NCBI GenBank assembly: GCA_964506755.1
Contig: CAZDMH010000006.1
Location: 31,521-95,520, forward strand
Source of the DNA: an uncultured Spirochaetales bacterium
Lineage (GTDB): Bacteria > Spirochaetota > Spirochaetia > DAHUYW01
Length of the DNA stretch: 64,000 nt
Direction of reading: 5' to 3'
The notes under the pieces are model-generated. The model was not told the DNA's origin. It searched no databases and saw nothing but the letters and a program-made list of their open reading frames with translations. Shown here one piece after another: positions 27,240-37,127 of this stretch (positions are counted from its first letter, which is position 1; each line of letters starts with the position of its first letter). Made by a program: the position numbers and the translations under genes.

Positions 27240-27989
27240 ATGGTCAGGACCGTTTTCAATGCCATCCGAATAGTGGAGATGCTCAGCGAAAAGGGCAGCC
27301 TCGGAGTCACCGGCATATGCAACGAGCTGTCGATGCCGAAGAGCAGCGCGCACAACATTTTGGAAACATTGGTTGACGAACGGATTCTCCAGAAAGATCG
27401 AGAATCGAACAGATACAGCCTCGGGGTTCGTCTGGTAGAGCTCGGAAATCGGGCGCAGTTGAGTCTCGACATTTGTCGGATCGCGCGCCCCCACCTTGCC
27501 GGGCTCAACCAGGTGACGGACGAAACGGTGCATCTCACTGTGTTGGATAACGACGAGGTACTTTACGTCGACTGCGTCGAGTCAAAAATGAGAATTCGCA
27601 CCTACTCAGTCATCGGCGCCCGGGCCCCGCTCTATTGTACGGCGGTCGGCAAGGCGATACTTGCCTTTCTTCCCAAGGATCAAAGAGATCGGATCCTCGA
27701 GGAGAAGGGACTCGCGCGCGTAACCCCGAACACGATAACGGACAGGGCTGCATTGTCTGAGGACCTCAAGAAGACGGTGCAGAGGGGCTATTCTATCGAC
27801 AACATGGAGCACGAAGAGTACCTCAGATGCATTGGAGCTCCGATCCGAAACTGGAAAGGCGAAGTACATGCATCGATAAGTGTCTCGGGGCCTTCACAGA
27901 GGCTGACCATGAAGCGTATCACGGCCATCGCCCCCGAGATAATCGGCGCTACCGCGCTGATTTCACAGAAGATGGGATATAGAGGGTGA
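27240..27989 (+). CDS. IclR-family transcriptional regulator
   Basis: N-terminal wHTH (…LGVTGICNELSMPKSSAHNILETL…) and C-terminal IclR effector domain. Confidence 0.85.
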   Translation: MVRTVFNAIRIVEMLSEKGSLGVTGICNELSMPKSSAHNILETLVDERILQKDRESNRYSLGVRLVELGNRAQLSLDICRIARPHLAGLNQVTDETVHLTVLDNDEVLYVDCVESKMRIRTYSVIGARAPLYCTAVGKAILAFLPKDQRDRILEEKGLARVTPNTITDRAALSEDLKKTVQRGYSIDNMEHEEYLRCIGAPIRNWKGEVHASISVSGPSQRLTMKRITAIAPEIIGATALISQKMGYRG

Positions 27990-28093
27990 TTTCAATGTAA
28001 TCGCAAAAAAAGGGGGAAGTTGTCGCGGAACTAGGAATCGAACAGTCGTAGGACTGTTTACAACTACATGTTTATTTCAGGAGGTTCCCTATC

Positions 28094-29248
28094 ATGAACA
28101 GCTTCCCGAAAGTCAGGGCAGTCATCGTGTTCATCGCGGTGCTGTTAGTAGTGTTTGGCACGGCATCTGTCTTTGCCAACGGAAATCAGGAGAAGGGCAA
28201 CAAGCAGAACACCACACAACAATCGAACAGCTCCACTGGCAGTTCTCAGTCGACGGCTCAAAGCTCCGGTAGCGCATCCAGCTCGTCTGCCACGAACACG
28301 AGCAGCGTCAAACCGACCTACACTTTGAAGTTCGCGACGGTTGCCGGTCCGAACGACCAACAGACGAAGACCATGAAGTTCTTCGCCAACGTCGTGAACG
28401 AGATCAGTGGGGGTAAGATCAAGGTCAACATTTTCCCGTCCGGACAGCTCGCGGACCAGAAGACCGAGATCCTTGATGTGGAAAATGGGTCGATTGACAT
28501 GGGTGAGGATGCAAGTCCTTCCTGGTTCGCCTCGATCGCCAACTACCCTCAGATCGGCGTGCTGGAAGCGCCCTATCTGTACAGCAGCCTTGACGAAATG
28601 TATCGAGTGCTGCTCGGTCCGGTGGGACAGAAGTACTGGAACACCCTCGAGCAGAAGTCAGGGATCAAAGTGCTCGGTGTCTGGTATCTCGGAACCCGCG
28701 AGCTCGATCTCACGAAGAAGGCCGGTTCAGTAACCACGCCGGCGCAGCTCAAAGGAATCAAGCTCCGGATGCCGGATTCGGCGGCTTGGCTCGACGTCGG
28801 CAGGTCACTTGGTGCGAACCCGACACCGCTCGGGTTCGGGGAAGTGTACTTGGCTCTCAAGACCGGAACGATCGACGGTCAGGACAACCCGATACCGACA
28901 GATATGACGCAGAAGTTCTTCGAGGTTACTCACTACCTCGTGCTTACGAATCACGTAATCGGATACACGACACCGATGATCAATGCGAAGCTCTGGAACT
29001 CGATGCCGCCGAAGATCCAACTCGACATCACGACTGCGCTCCATATCGCACGGGACTACAACAACTATCAAACGCTCCTCACCGAGCAGACCGCCCTCGC
29101 GAAGGCAGAGAAAGAGTACGGTATCCAGGTCGTAATTCCCAATCAGCGGGCATTCATGGATAACGCAAAGAAGTACTACAGTCAGCCGAAGTTCAACAAG
29201 GAATGGGGTGACGGTGTGTACGCGAAGCTGCAGGCGCTCGGGGAGTAG
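28094..29248 (+). CDS. dctP: TRAP transporter substrate-binding protein (DctP family)
   Basis: AGGAGG RBS. Signal peptide followed by an S/T/Q-rich linker. DctP-family blocks YTLKFATVAGPND…, …LKGIKLRMPDS…, …NHVIGYTTP…. Confidence 0.85.
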   Translation: MNSFPKVRAVIVFIAVLLVVFGTASVFANGNQEKGNKQNTTQQSNSSTGSSQSTAQSSGSASSSSATNTSSVKPTYTLKFATVAGPNDQQTKTMKFFANVVNEISGGKIKVNIFPSGQLADQKTEILDVENGSIDMGEDASPSWFASIANYPQIGVLEAPYLYSSLDEMYRVLLGPVGQKYWNTLEQKSGIKVLGVWYLGTRELDLTKKAGSVTTPAQLKGIKLRMPDSAAWLDVGRSLGANPTPLGFGEVYLALKTGTIDGQDNPIPTDMTQKFFEVTHYLVLTNHVIGYTTPMINAKLWNSMPPKIQLDITTALHIARDYNNYQTLLTEQTALAKAEKEYGIQVVIPNQRAFMDNAKKYYSQPKFNKEWGDGVYAKLQALGE

Positions 29249-29331
29249 CCCTGCCCGACAAAGTTCTCTAGAGGAGGATGCCCCCGGAGCTCACGGGGGC
29301 ATCCTGTTGTACCCTCGCTTGGATATAGCAC

Positions 29332-29841
29332 ATGAAATCCATACCGCGTCGAATATTCGATTTTTTCGAGGTATATCTCCCGTCGGTAGTCTTCTTCGTA
29401 CTCATTGCCTCCGTGTTTGCCGGTGTGCTGTTCCGGTACGTGTTTGACGACCCGATTCCGCAGTTTTTCGAGATCTCGATCTACAGCTTTATATGGGTCA
29501 TTTACTTGGGAGGCGCACTCGCCACACGGTTCAATCAACACATGCGTTTCGATCTGCTGTATCGTAAATTGCCGAAGAACGGACAGCTGCTCGTTGATGT
29601 CGTTTTCGATCTTTTGCTCAATGTGGTCATAGCGATCATCTTCTATCCCACAATCAAACAGGTCATACATATGGCTCCGCTCAAAGCGAGCACTCTCGGC
29701 ATTTCCTGGGCCTATCTGCTGATCTGCTTCCCGATCTTCCTGGTCTTGGTCTTTGCGCACAACAGCATGGCGATGTACTACAAGATCCGAGAGATGACGA
29801 CCGGCAGGAAAGCCGTGGAGGAGATACCACCGTGGCAGTGA
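29332..29841 (+). CDS. dctQ: TRAP transporter small permease (DctQ family)
   Basis: 169 aa with 4 TM helices, between the DctP and DctM genes. Confidence 0.8.
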   Translation: MKSIPRRIFDFFEVYLPSVVFFVLIASVFAGVLFRYVFDDPIPQFFEISIYSFIWVIYLGGALATRFNQHMRFDLLYRKLPKNGQLLVDVVFDLLLNVVIAIIFYPTIKQVIHMAPLKASTLGISWAYLLICFPIFLVLVFAHNSMAMYYKIREMTTGRKAVEEIPPWQ

Positions 29842-31124
29842 TAGTCTGGCTCGCCATATTCGTCACTTCCTTTGCGCTCGGCTACCCGCTGGCCCTCGGG
29901 CTCTTCCTGGGAGCCGCTGCATATCTGATTCTTTCTCACATCGACCTTTCGACGATCCTTAACGTGATGGTTATCCAATACGAGAGCAACTACGAGCTCC
30001 TCGCCGTTCCACTCTTCATCTTCACGGCGAAGGTGATGAATGCCTCAAAGCTAACCGACCGTCTCTTCAAGTTTGCAGGAAGCTTCGTTGGACCAGTGCG
30101 AGGGGGGCTCGGACACGTAAACGTTATCGCAAATATGATCTTCGCAGGAATGTCGGGTTCGGAGATCGCCGACATCTCGGGTCTTGGTCTGATGGAGGTA
30201 AAGGCGATGGAGGATGCCGGTTTCGACAAACCCTTCGCCTGTGCGCTCTCTGCAGCGGCATCGACAATCGGTCCGATCATTCCCCCGAGCATACCGATAG
30301 TAATCTATGCGGTGATTTCGGGCACGTCGATCGGTTACCTCTTCCTCGGTGGGATCGTTCCCGGCGTGATTCTTGCCGCCTGCCTCATGGTCTGGGTTGG
30401 AATCGTCTCCAAACGACGCAACTACCCGGTTGGTCGGTGGTACACGATAAGAGAGTTCTTGAAATCCCTTTTCGAATCGGCTCTCGTGATTCTGGCGCCG
30501 GTAATGCTCCTTGGAGGCATCTACGGCGGAGTCTTTACGCCAACAGAGGCAGCGGCGGTCGTCAGCGTCTACGGCCTTCTCTTGAGTCTCCTCGTATATC
30601 GATCAGTGGGTCTGAAAGCGGTCTACAAGGTCATCGTAGAATCAGTCGTCGCGACAGGGTTTACGAGCTTCATCATCGGCTGCGCGCTTCTCTTCGGATA
30701 CGCCATGGCTCGCGAGCAAATACCGGCCGCGGTTGCAACCTTTTTCGTTCATCTGGGCATAACGCAATCGAAGGTCCTCGTGCTCTTGTCACTCAACGTG
30801 CTCTTTCTCTTCCTTGGGTGCTTCATCGACGCGACGGCCTCCATGCTCATCGTCATCCCGATTATTCTTCCGTTGGTACAGGCGGCCCACATCGACCTCG
30901 TCCATTTCGGAGTCGTCGTTATTCTCAATCTCATGATCGGATTGAGCACGCCGCCGTACGGGGAAGCGCCAATAATCATTGCACGTCTCACGGACACGCC
31001 GCTTCGAGCCGTAATTGGCGAGACCTTGAAGTTCATCGTCTTCATGATCGCGGCATTGTTAATCATCAGCACGATTCCTGACACCGTGCTCTGGATACCA
31101 CACCTCGCCGGCTATCGAGGTTAG
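29832..31124 (+). CDS. dctM: TRAP transporter large permease (DctM family)
   Basis: 430 aa and ~12 TM segments. Its start overlaps the dctQ stop. Confidence 0.85.
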   Translation: MAVIVWLAIFVTSFALGYPLALGLFLGAAAYLILSHIDLSTILNVMVIQYESNYELLAVPLFIFTAKVMNASKLTDRLFKFAGSFVGPVRGGLGHVNVIANMIFAGMSGSEIADISGLGLMEVKAMEDAGFDKPFACALSAAASTIGPIIPPSIPIVIYAVISGTSIGYLFLGGIVPGVILAACLMVWVGIVSKRRNYPVGRWYTIREFLKSLFESALVILAPVMLLGGIYGGVFTPTEAAAVVSVYGLLLSLLVYRSVGLKAVYKVIVESVVATGFTSFIIGCALLFGYAMAREQIPAAVATFFVHLGITQSKVLVLLSLNVLFLFLGCFIDATASMLIVIPIILPLVQAAHIDLVHFGVVVILNLMIGLSTPPYGEAPIIIARLTDTPLRAVIGETLKFIVFMIAALLIISTIPDTVLWIPHLAGYRG

Positions 31125-31135
31125 AGGAGAACTGA

Positions 31136-32365
31136 ATGGTGAATCTTGTTGACAAGGAACAGATCTCGGATCTCTCGCACGGGCTCGAGGCCGGGGTTCG
31201 GCAGAGCGTTGCGCGACTCGTCGAGCAGGTCGTTAGTGCCAAGCAACGCGGCGGGAAGGTCGTAGTTATAACTGGAAGCGGCCCGAACATTCACGAGGGT
31301 GTGACGACCCTCATCGCAGAGCTTATTTCGAAGAGAATCGTCGACGGCGTGATTACAAGTTCCGCCGTCGTGGCGCACGAGATGGCCGGGGGCCTCGACC
31401 GAGTAAGACGTGTTCCCGGTAGGACACTCCCTGTGCCGGCCGAGCTCCTACCGCGAGGCGAAGTCTTTGAGGTTACCCTCTTGAGCGCCGAATCGCTCAG
31501 AAGTCTTCAGAAGGAGATGATTGTCGATACAGAGCTAATCGAAAACGCACTTGCGCTGGAAGGTGAGACAGTCATCAAAGCGGCCGGGAACATGGCCTAT
31601 CCGATCGGTCTTCGGACGGAACGCATTGCGATCGAGATCCAGGCGTTGGCCGAGAAGGAGGGAGCAGCGTTCGAAAAGATCGCCGGCCTGGGTGCGGACC
31701 ATCGGACGATGATCGGTGCGGCTGCACGTTCGGAGGTTCCGGTTCTCGTTTCGATACCGCAGTTGATCGGAGGGGGAATGGTCGGGCTCGCAATCGGAGA
31801 CAGCATGCCGTTGAAGCGCAGATCCGATGCCATTTCCAGAATGTTGTCGGGAGCCGACGTCATTATCGAGTCGGGCATTGCGCTCAGCCAGGAAATACAC
31901 GACGGCCCATTCGAGACCTATACGGGGCACGGAATCTGGTCGGCCTGGGATGGCGCTTCGACCTACAGCCTGAAGGGTAAGACTCTTGCTCGGATCGACC
32001 TCGATCCAACCTTGGAACGGGTCTGGAATCTCGAACGAAAGGGCAGTGACGTGCAGAGCACAATCGACAAGGGATTGCCGAAAACGAAGACATTCAAGGT
32101 TCCCTTTCGAATGGAGATGTCGGGGTTCGCTCGCCTCGAGGGGAGCATACCTATTGTTGCCGATCTCGGTGTTGTCTGGCCGATTGTTGCTGCCGAGGTG
32201 GCTGAACGGCTCAGCGTGGAGCTCGATTTTGTGTCAGCTCCCCAGGAAACTGAACACGGTCGTCGAATGCGTGATTGGATCGTGGAGAACGTGAGCATTC
32301 TCGACCGCGAGAGGATGGCGAGCGGGATCAAGCGGCATCGAGAATCGGCACCGGAAAGGAGATGA
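31136..32365 (+). CDS. conserved hypothetical protein (409 aa) co-operonic with the TRAP transporter and KdsB-like gene; Gly-rich nucleotide/sugar-binding-like N-terminus
   Basis: GAGGAG RBS, ATG at 31136. GKVVVITGSGPNIHEGVTTLIAELISKRIVDGVITSSAVVAHEMAGG near the N-terminus. No family recognised by eye. The downstream gene starts 1 nt after its stop. Confidence 0.6.
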   Translation: MVNLVDKEQISDLSHGLEAGVRQSVARLVEQVVSAKQRGGKVVVITGSGPNIHEGVTTLIAELISKRIVDGVITSSAVVAHEMAGGLDRVRRVPGRTLPVPAELLPRGEVFEVTLLSAESLRSLQKEMIVDTELIENALALEGETVIKAAGNMAYPIGLRTERIAIEIQALAEKEGAAFEKIAGLGADHRTMIGAAARSEVPVLVSIPQLIGGGMVGLAIGDSMPLKRRSDAISRMLSGADVIIESGIALSQEIHDGPFETYTGHGIWSAWDGASTYSLKGKTLARIDLDPTLERVWNLERKGSDVQSTIDKGLPKTKTFKVPFRMEMSGFARLEGSIPIVADLGVVWPIVAAEVAERLSVELDFVSAPQETEHGRRMRDWIVENVSILDRERMASGIKRHRESAPERR

Positions 32366-32366
32366 A

Positions 32367-33113
32367 ATGGTGAAAGCCGCAGTAATCATACCTGCCCGAT
32401 ATCACAGCACCCGCTTGGAGGGTAAACCACTTGCTACGATCGGTGGAAAGGCGCTGATTCAGCATGTCTACGAAAACGCAGTCCGGTCGAAGGTTGTCCA
32501 AGAGGTCATCGTTGCGACCGATGACGACCGCATCTACGACTTTGTGAAGGCATTCGGCGGGCGTGTGCGTATGACTGCAAAAGAGCATACGACCGGAACG
32601 GATCGTGTCGCAGAGGTGGCGAGGGACGTGGATGCTTCGATCATCGTAAATGTCCAAGGTGATGAGCCGTTTGTCACCGCGCCCATGATCTCAGAGGCGG
32701 TCCAGCCTCTCATCGATGAATCCGACCTGTCGATGAGCACTCTGATGCACCAGATTACGGAAGACAGGTTCGACGATCCGAACGTTGTCAAGGTCGTAGT
32801 CGACCGGCGTGGGAACGGGATGTATTTTTCTCGATCACTCATCCCCTATCCGCGCACCCGCGAGGGGCTTCGGGTTTTCGAGCATATCGGCGTCTACTGC
32901 TACCGGAAGGATTTCCTGCTGAGGTTCGTCTCGATGCCTCCGTCGCCCCTGGAGATGACAGAAAGTCTGGAGCAGCTCAGGGCCCTCGAGAACGGCTATC
33001 CAATACGGGTCGTAGCCACCGAATCAAAGGACTATGTGCCGCTCAGCATCGATACTCCCGAGGACCTTCATCGAGCCCAGGAGATCTACGGTTCAGGGAG
33101 ACAAGACAGGTAG
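32367..33113 (+). CDS. kdsB: 3-deoxy-manno-octulosonate (Kdo)-type CMP-sugar cytidylyltransferase (KdsB family)
   Basis: 248 aa. IIPARYHSTRLEGKPLATIGGKALIQHVYE and ...VNVQGDEPF... motifs are diagnostic of KdsB/KpsU rather than NeuA-type synthetases. Confidence 0.75.
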   Translation: MVKAAVIIPARYHSTRLEGKPLATIGGKALIQHVYENAVRSKVVQEVIVATDDDRIYDFVKAFGGRVRMTAKEHTTGTDRVAEVARDVDASIIVNVQGDEPFVTAPMISEAVQPLIDESDLSMSTLMHQITEDRFDDPNVVKVVVDRRGNGMYFSRSLIPYPRTREGLRVFEHIGVYCYRKDFLLRFVSMPPSPLEMTESLEQLRALENGYPIRVVATESKDYVPLSIDTPEDLHRAQEIYGSGRQDR

Positions 33114-33286
33114 AAAAGCGGGAAGGAATTCCGGTCGTTTCGGAGCCATTCGGCGGAGTCGTTAACCGTGCGTGACGCGAAATGAAGGTTGCGACATCCT
33201 ATGGACAACGAAAGGATCGAAGGGCAGAATTAGCCGATTTCGACAACGGTACCAAGCTCGAAAAAAACGCTCTCAAAGAGGTTATT

Positions 33287-34219
33287 GTGGCAACGACGAA
33301 ACAAAATATCCGGGGCATAATCCCCGCAACGATCTTCTGCTGCGACGATCGAGGTAAGCTCTCTTCGGAGTTACTCGAACGCCACCTGACTTATCTCATC
33401 GAGGCGGGAGTAGACGGAATCTTCGTCAACGGGACGACCGGCGAAGGCGCCGTTCTCTCCATCGAAGAAAAGACGGAGGTCATGCGGCAGACGGCGAGAA
33501 TAGGCGACGGCAGGGTGCCGCTCTACGGCGTCTGCCTCCAGCCCTCCACCGATGCCGTCGTAGAGGAGATCCGGGTCATGGCGGATCTCGGTGCGTCCTT
33601 TGCGTCAGCCGTGCCTCCCTACTACTATCTTCCTTCTCAGGAAGCGATCATGGTGCACTTCACGCGGATAGCGGACTCGAGTCCTATCCCTGTGATTCTC
33701 TACAACATTCCCCAAAACACGCATTCGCCGATGACGGTCGACACAGTGGTTGCGCTCTCGAAACACCCGAATATCGTCGGGATAAAGGACAGCTCCGGCA
33801 ACTTCGCAGACTTCAATCGCATGCTTCTCGCCACGGATCCGTCGGAGTTTGCATGTGTCCAGGGCGAAGATCTCCTCGATGGGGCTTCCTTTGCGATTGG
33901 TGCCTCCGGCGTCGTGACCGGACTGGGTAACATTCGAATCGAGCATTACATAGAGATGTATCGTGCTTCACAGAGGGGCGATCGCGCCACCATCTTGGGT
34001 CTGCAGAAACGCATCTACGACTTCGCCGAGATTGTCTGGCGGTTGCCCGGCAAGGCGATTCCCGCCATCAAGGCAGGGGCGGAGGTGGTCGGACGCGGGA
34101 ATCGACGAATGCGAGTCGAAGGGCTCACGCTCACGCCTCAGGAGTTCGAGAAGGTCCGGGAGGTCCTGCAAGCTGCCGGTGTGCTCGAACACCGATCCTT
34201 GGGTTCGACGGCCCCTTGA
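33287..34219 (+). CDS. DapA/N-acetylneuraminate-lyase-family class I aldolase (paralog 2)
   Basis: GTG at 33287 with an AAGAGG RBS at 33275-33280. The ORF frame opens at 33182. GIIPATIF...GVDGIFVNGTTGEGAVLS...ILYNIPQNT... is typical of DHDPS/NAL-family lyases. Confidence 0.75.
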   Translation: MATTKQNIRGIIPATIFCCDDRGKLSSELLERHLTYLIEAGVDGIFVNGTTGEGAVLSIEEKTEVMRQTARIGDGRVPLYGVCLQPSTDAVVEEIRVMADLGASFASAVPPYYYLPSQEAIMVHFTRIADSSPIPVILYNIPQNTHSPMTVDTVVALSKHPNIVGIKDSSGNFADFNRMLLATDPSEFACVQGEDLLDGASFAIGASGVVTGLGNIRIEHYIEMYRASQRGDRATILGLQKRIYDFAEIVWRLPGKAIPAIKAGAEVVGRGNRRMRVEGLTLTPQEFEKVREVLQAAGVLEHRSLGSTAP

Positions 34220-34332
34220 GTGCGACCGTCGACGGCGGCAGCCCATTCAAGAATCTAAGACAAAAAGGTCAAACGTATTCGACGTCCATAGCTCCAGGCG
34301 GGGCCGATCGCAATGATTAGGAGGAAGTCGAC

Positions 34333-35163
34333 ATGTTTGAGCTGCCTGAGTGTACCGTGCTGTCAAAGCAGATTAGTACCGAGCTGGGCGGCAAGACCGT
34401 CGCACGGGGGAGTCTGGGCAACAGCCCTCACAAATTCGTCTGGTACAACCGAACCCATGAAGAGTTCGCCCGCCTTTCCTGCGGAAAGCGGATCGGCGCC
34501 GCCCGCGTACGTGGCCGCTGGATCTTCCTCCCACTCGAGCCCGGCTACATCTTGGTCCTGGGCGAGTGCGGTGGGAGGATGCTCTTACACCAGCCAGGCT
34601 CGACTGCACCGGACAAGTACCATCTTCGGCTGGACCTTGAAGACGGCTCGCTCTTCACCGTGACCACGCAGATGTGGGGAGCCATGGAGCTCTACGAGAA
34701 GGGGAAGGAGCTCGAACGGGATTACATCAAAGGGATGCGGCCGACACCGGCCGAGCAGAGCTTCACGTTCGACTACTTCACCGACCTCATCGATTCGCTT
34801 GATGCGGGAGAGAAACGCAGCGTGAAAGGGTTGCTCACTCAGGATCAGCTCATTCCCGGGCTCGGGAACGCCGGGGCCCAGGACATCATGTTTCGCGCAC
34901 GCCTCCATCCCCGGCATCCCGTCGGTGAGCTCGAGGAATTGCAACGGCGAAAGCTGTATGACTCGATCCTCTCGACCGTTCACGACATCATAGAGAAGGG
35001 TGGTCGCTATGACGAGCTCGATCTCTACGGCAAACGTGGCGGTTACGTGCGGGTAATGGACAGCAAGGCCGTCGGACGCCCCTGCCCGGTCTGCGGGCAC
35101 GAGGTCGAAAAGATCGCCTACCTAGGCGGGTCCTGCTACCTGTGTCCGGTTTGCCAGCAATAG
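34333..35163 (+). CDS. Fpg/Nei-family DNA glycosylase-like protein with Phe at position 2
   Basis: AGGAGG RBS. The N-terminus is MFELPE (the canonical sequence is MPELPE). An H2TH motif (GLGNAGAQDIMFRARLHP) and a C-terminal CPVCG...CYLCPVC zinc finger are present. Confidence 0.75.
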   Translation: MFELPECTVLSKQISTELGGKTVARGSLGNSPHKFVWYNRTHEEFARLSCGKRIGAARVRGRWIFLPLEPGYILVLGECGGRMLLHQPGSTAPDKYHLRLDLEDGSLFTVTTQMWGAMELYEKGKELERDYIKGMRPTPAEQSFTFDYFTDLIDSLDAGEKRSVKGLLTQDQLIPGLGNAGAQDIMFRARLHPRHPVGELEELQRRKLYDSILSTVHDIIEKGGRYDELDLYGKRGGYVRVMDSKAVGRPCPVCGHEVEKIAYLGGSCYLCPVCQQ

Positions 35164-35178
35164 AAGAGGAGCCGACGG

Positions 35179-36066
35179 TTACACTGTCAGGAGTGTTATT
35201 GCGGCAATGGCTACCGGAATCCCGAGTGCTTCACTGAGCTTCAGACGCTCCTGGTAGAAGAGGTAGGAGGCAAGGACGAGCAGCAGGATGTTAAGCATCG
35301 TTCGCAGCGGGAAAACTACGGCGCCCTTCACCGACTGAAGGGCGAGCAGGAGGAAAAGAGGTATAGCAAGGCGCGTCGCGCTCATGTATAACGAGAACAA
35401 AAGCACGGTGAGCGGTCGGCGTTTTGCCGTCAGAGCATCCCGGTCCTTCCCGGCAACCTGGGGCGTATCGGAACGCTTTCGAAGTCCTCCCGCAAACAGG
35501 ATCATTCCCAGGCTCGCATAGAGGAGGACCGTTGTGGTCGGGTGGGCGCCCGGCAAGGTCTGATATATCTTTGGAAAACACTGCGTGAGCCCCGTGAAGA
35601 GGAAGGCAAGAAAGAGTCCCCCGATGGCTCTGGCGTCCGCTCCCCCATGCTTCTTCCGCCGAGGTCTCGCGAGGCCAAGCAGCAGAATTGTCGCAAAGAT
35701 CAAGGCGATTCCCGCCGCTTCTCGCCACGAAATGCTTTCACCGTAGGCGATAACGCTTAGGCCAAACGGGACGACGACGCTCAGCTGGATGAACGTCCAT
35801 GAGATATTCAGCTTCGTCTTTTCGACCACGCGAAAATAGATGATCATGGACAGCGTAAGGGTGACGCCGTAGGGAACCCCGATCAGGAGCGCAGACAGGG
35901 AGTAGATCGGCTCCCGGAACGAGACGACCGCGGCGGCAGACAACAAGAGCGACCACACGCCGCCGGCGATGAGGACTTGTCGGTAGTCGAGCTTCAGCTG
36001 GACGCGAAGCTTGTATGACATCCCGAAGAGCGCCCCTGCCACTCCGGAGAGGAAGACGAATATCAT
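35179..36066 (-). CDS. polytopic membrane protein (DMT/EamA-like transporter fold)
   Basis: 295 aa with ~10 predicted TM helices. Its start overlaps the upstream gene's stop. Confidence 0.6.
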   Translation of the reverse strand: MIFVFLSGVAGALFGMSYKLRVQLKLDYRQVLIAGGVWSLLLSAAAVVSFREPIYSLSALLIGVPYGVTLTLSMIIYFRVVEKTKLNISWTFIQLSVVVPFGLSVIAYGESISWREAAGIALIFATILLLGLARPRRKKHGGADARAIGGLFLAFLFTGLTQCFPKIYQTLPGAHPTTTVLLYASLGMILFAGGLRKRSDTPQVAGKDRDALTAKRRPLTVLLFSLYMSATRLAIPLFLLLALQSVKGAVVFPLRTMLNILLLVLASYLFYQERLKLSEALGIPVAIAAITLLTV

Positions 36067-37127
36067 CTTTCGCCTTCCTCCTTACCGAGCTTCTCGTAGA
36101 TCGATGCCACCGTCCGTACGACTCTCCGTCCGTCGATGAAGTCGGGACTGAACTTCATCCCTGGAGTTCGACAGCAACGGACGAACTCCTCGAAAAGGTG
36201 AGGTTCTGCGTAGGGGCGAAGGAGGTTCGCGGAGACTGCGGTGAACCGAGCCGCTGGTCGTTGATGCTCGGTCTTTTCCCTTCGATAAATCCAGACCTCC
36301 TCCCCGTTGGAGCGTACCGCTCCGTCGCTTCCGTCTATCTGGAGGAAATGATCACCCGGTGAGACGCGGCTGACCTCGAGGTTGAGGACGCACCCCGAAG
36401 CGAATGACACCGTACAGACGGCGGCGTCGGGGGCCGTGACGCGATCCTTGAATCCGGTCGTTGGATCGAGGCGTTCGGGATAGAAAATTATAGATACGCC
36501 GGACACATTTCGCATTTCGGCCGTCCACTCGTCGAGCAGGAAGAAGCTCAGATCGATCATGTGGGCTCCCAGGTCCGACAAGGCCCCGAATCCTCCAGTC
36601 TCGCGGCGCATCCGCCATTCAATCGGAACGAGAGGATCAGAGAGCCGCCCCACCGAAAGGTGAGCTCGGATATGAAACGGTTTGCCGAGGTTGCCGTCGT
36701 GGATCCACCGGCGTACGAAGCGATAGGAAGCGGTGAAGCGATAGGGCATTCGCACGCCATTCTGGAGTGCGCGTCCCTTGACCATTTCGACCATAGAGTC
36801 CGCGCTCTCGGGCGTGAGTGCCAGGGGCTTCTCGCAGAGCACGTGGGCTCCGGCCTCGATCGCCGCCGCGGCCGCTGCCGGGTGCTCTCCATCGGGAACG
36901 GCAATGGTTACAATGTTCGGATGGACCTCGGACAACATCCGCCGGTAGTCAGAGAAGAGCTTCGTTCCTTTCAATTGCTGGGTCTCGGCGAGCCGTCGGG
37001 CGCGCTCCACGTCTGCGTCGCACAATGCGACGATCGAGGTGTTCTTTGCGCGCAGGAGACCCTCGATGTGCTGTGAGGAGATGCGACCACAGCCGACGAC
37101 TGCGCAGGTGAGGTGATCTTCAACCAT
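36063..37127 (-). CDS. Gfo/Idh/MocA-family NAD(P)-dependent oxidoreductase
   Basis: ATG at 37125-37127 (MVEDHLTCAVVGCGRISSQHIEGL..., Rossmann GxGxxG). The ORF extends upstream to 37295 as a low-complexity R/S-rich run-in. Confidence 0.8.
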   Translation of the reverse strand: MVEDHLTCAVVGCGRISSQHIEGLLRAKNTSIVALCDADVERARRLAETQQLKGTKLFSDYRRMLSEVHPNIVTIAVPDGEHPAAAAAAIEAGAHVLCEKPLALTPESADSMVEMVKGRALQNGVRMPYRFTASYRFVRRWIHDGNLGKPFHIRAHLSVGRLSDPLVPIEWRMRRETGGFGALSDLGAHMIDLSFFLLDEWTAEMRNVSGVSIIFYPERLDPTTGFKDRVTAPDAAVCTVSFASGCVLNLEVSRVSPGDHFLQIDGSDGAVRSNGEEVWIYRREKTEHQRPAARFTAVSANLLRPYAEPHLFEEFVRCCRTPGMKFSPDFIDGRRVVRTVASIYEKLGKEEGER

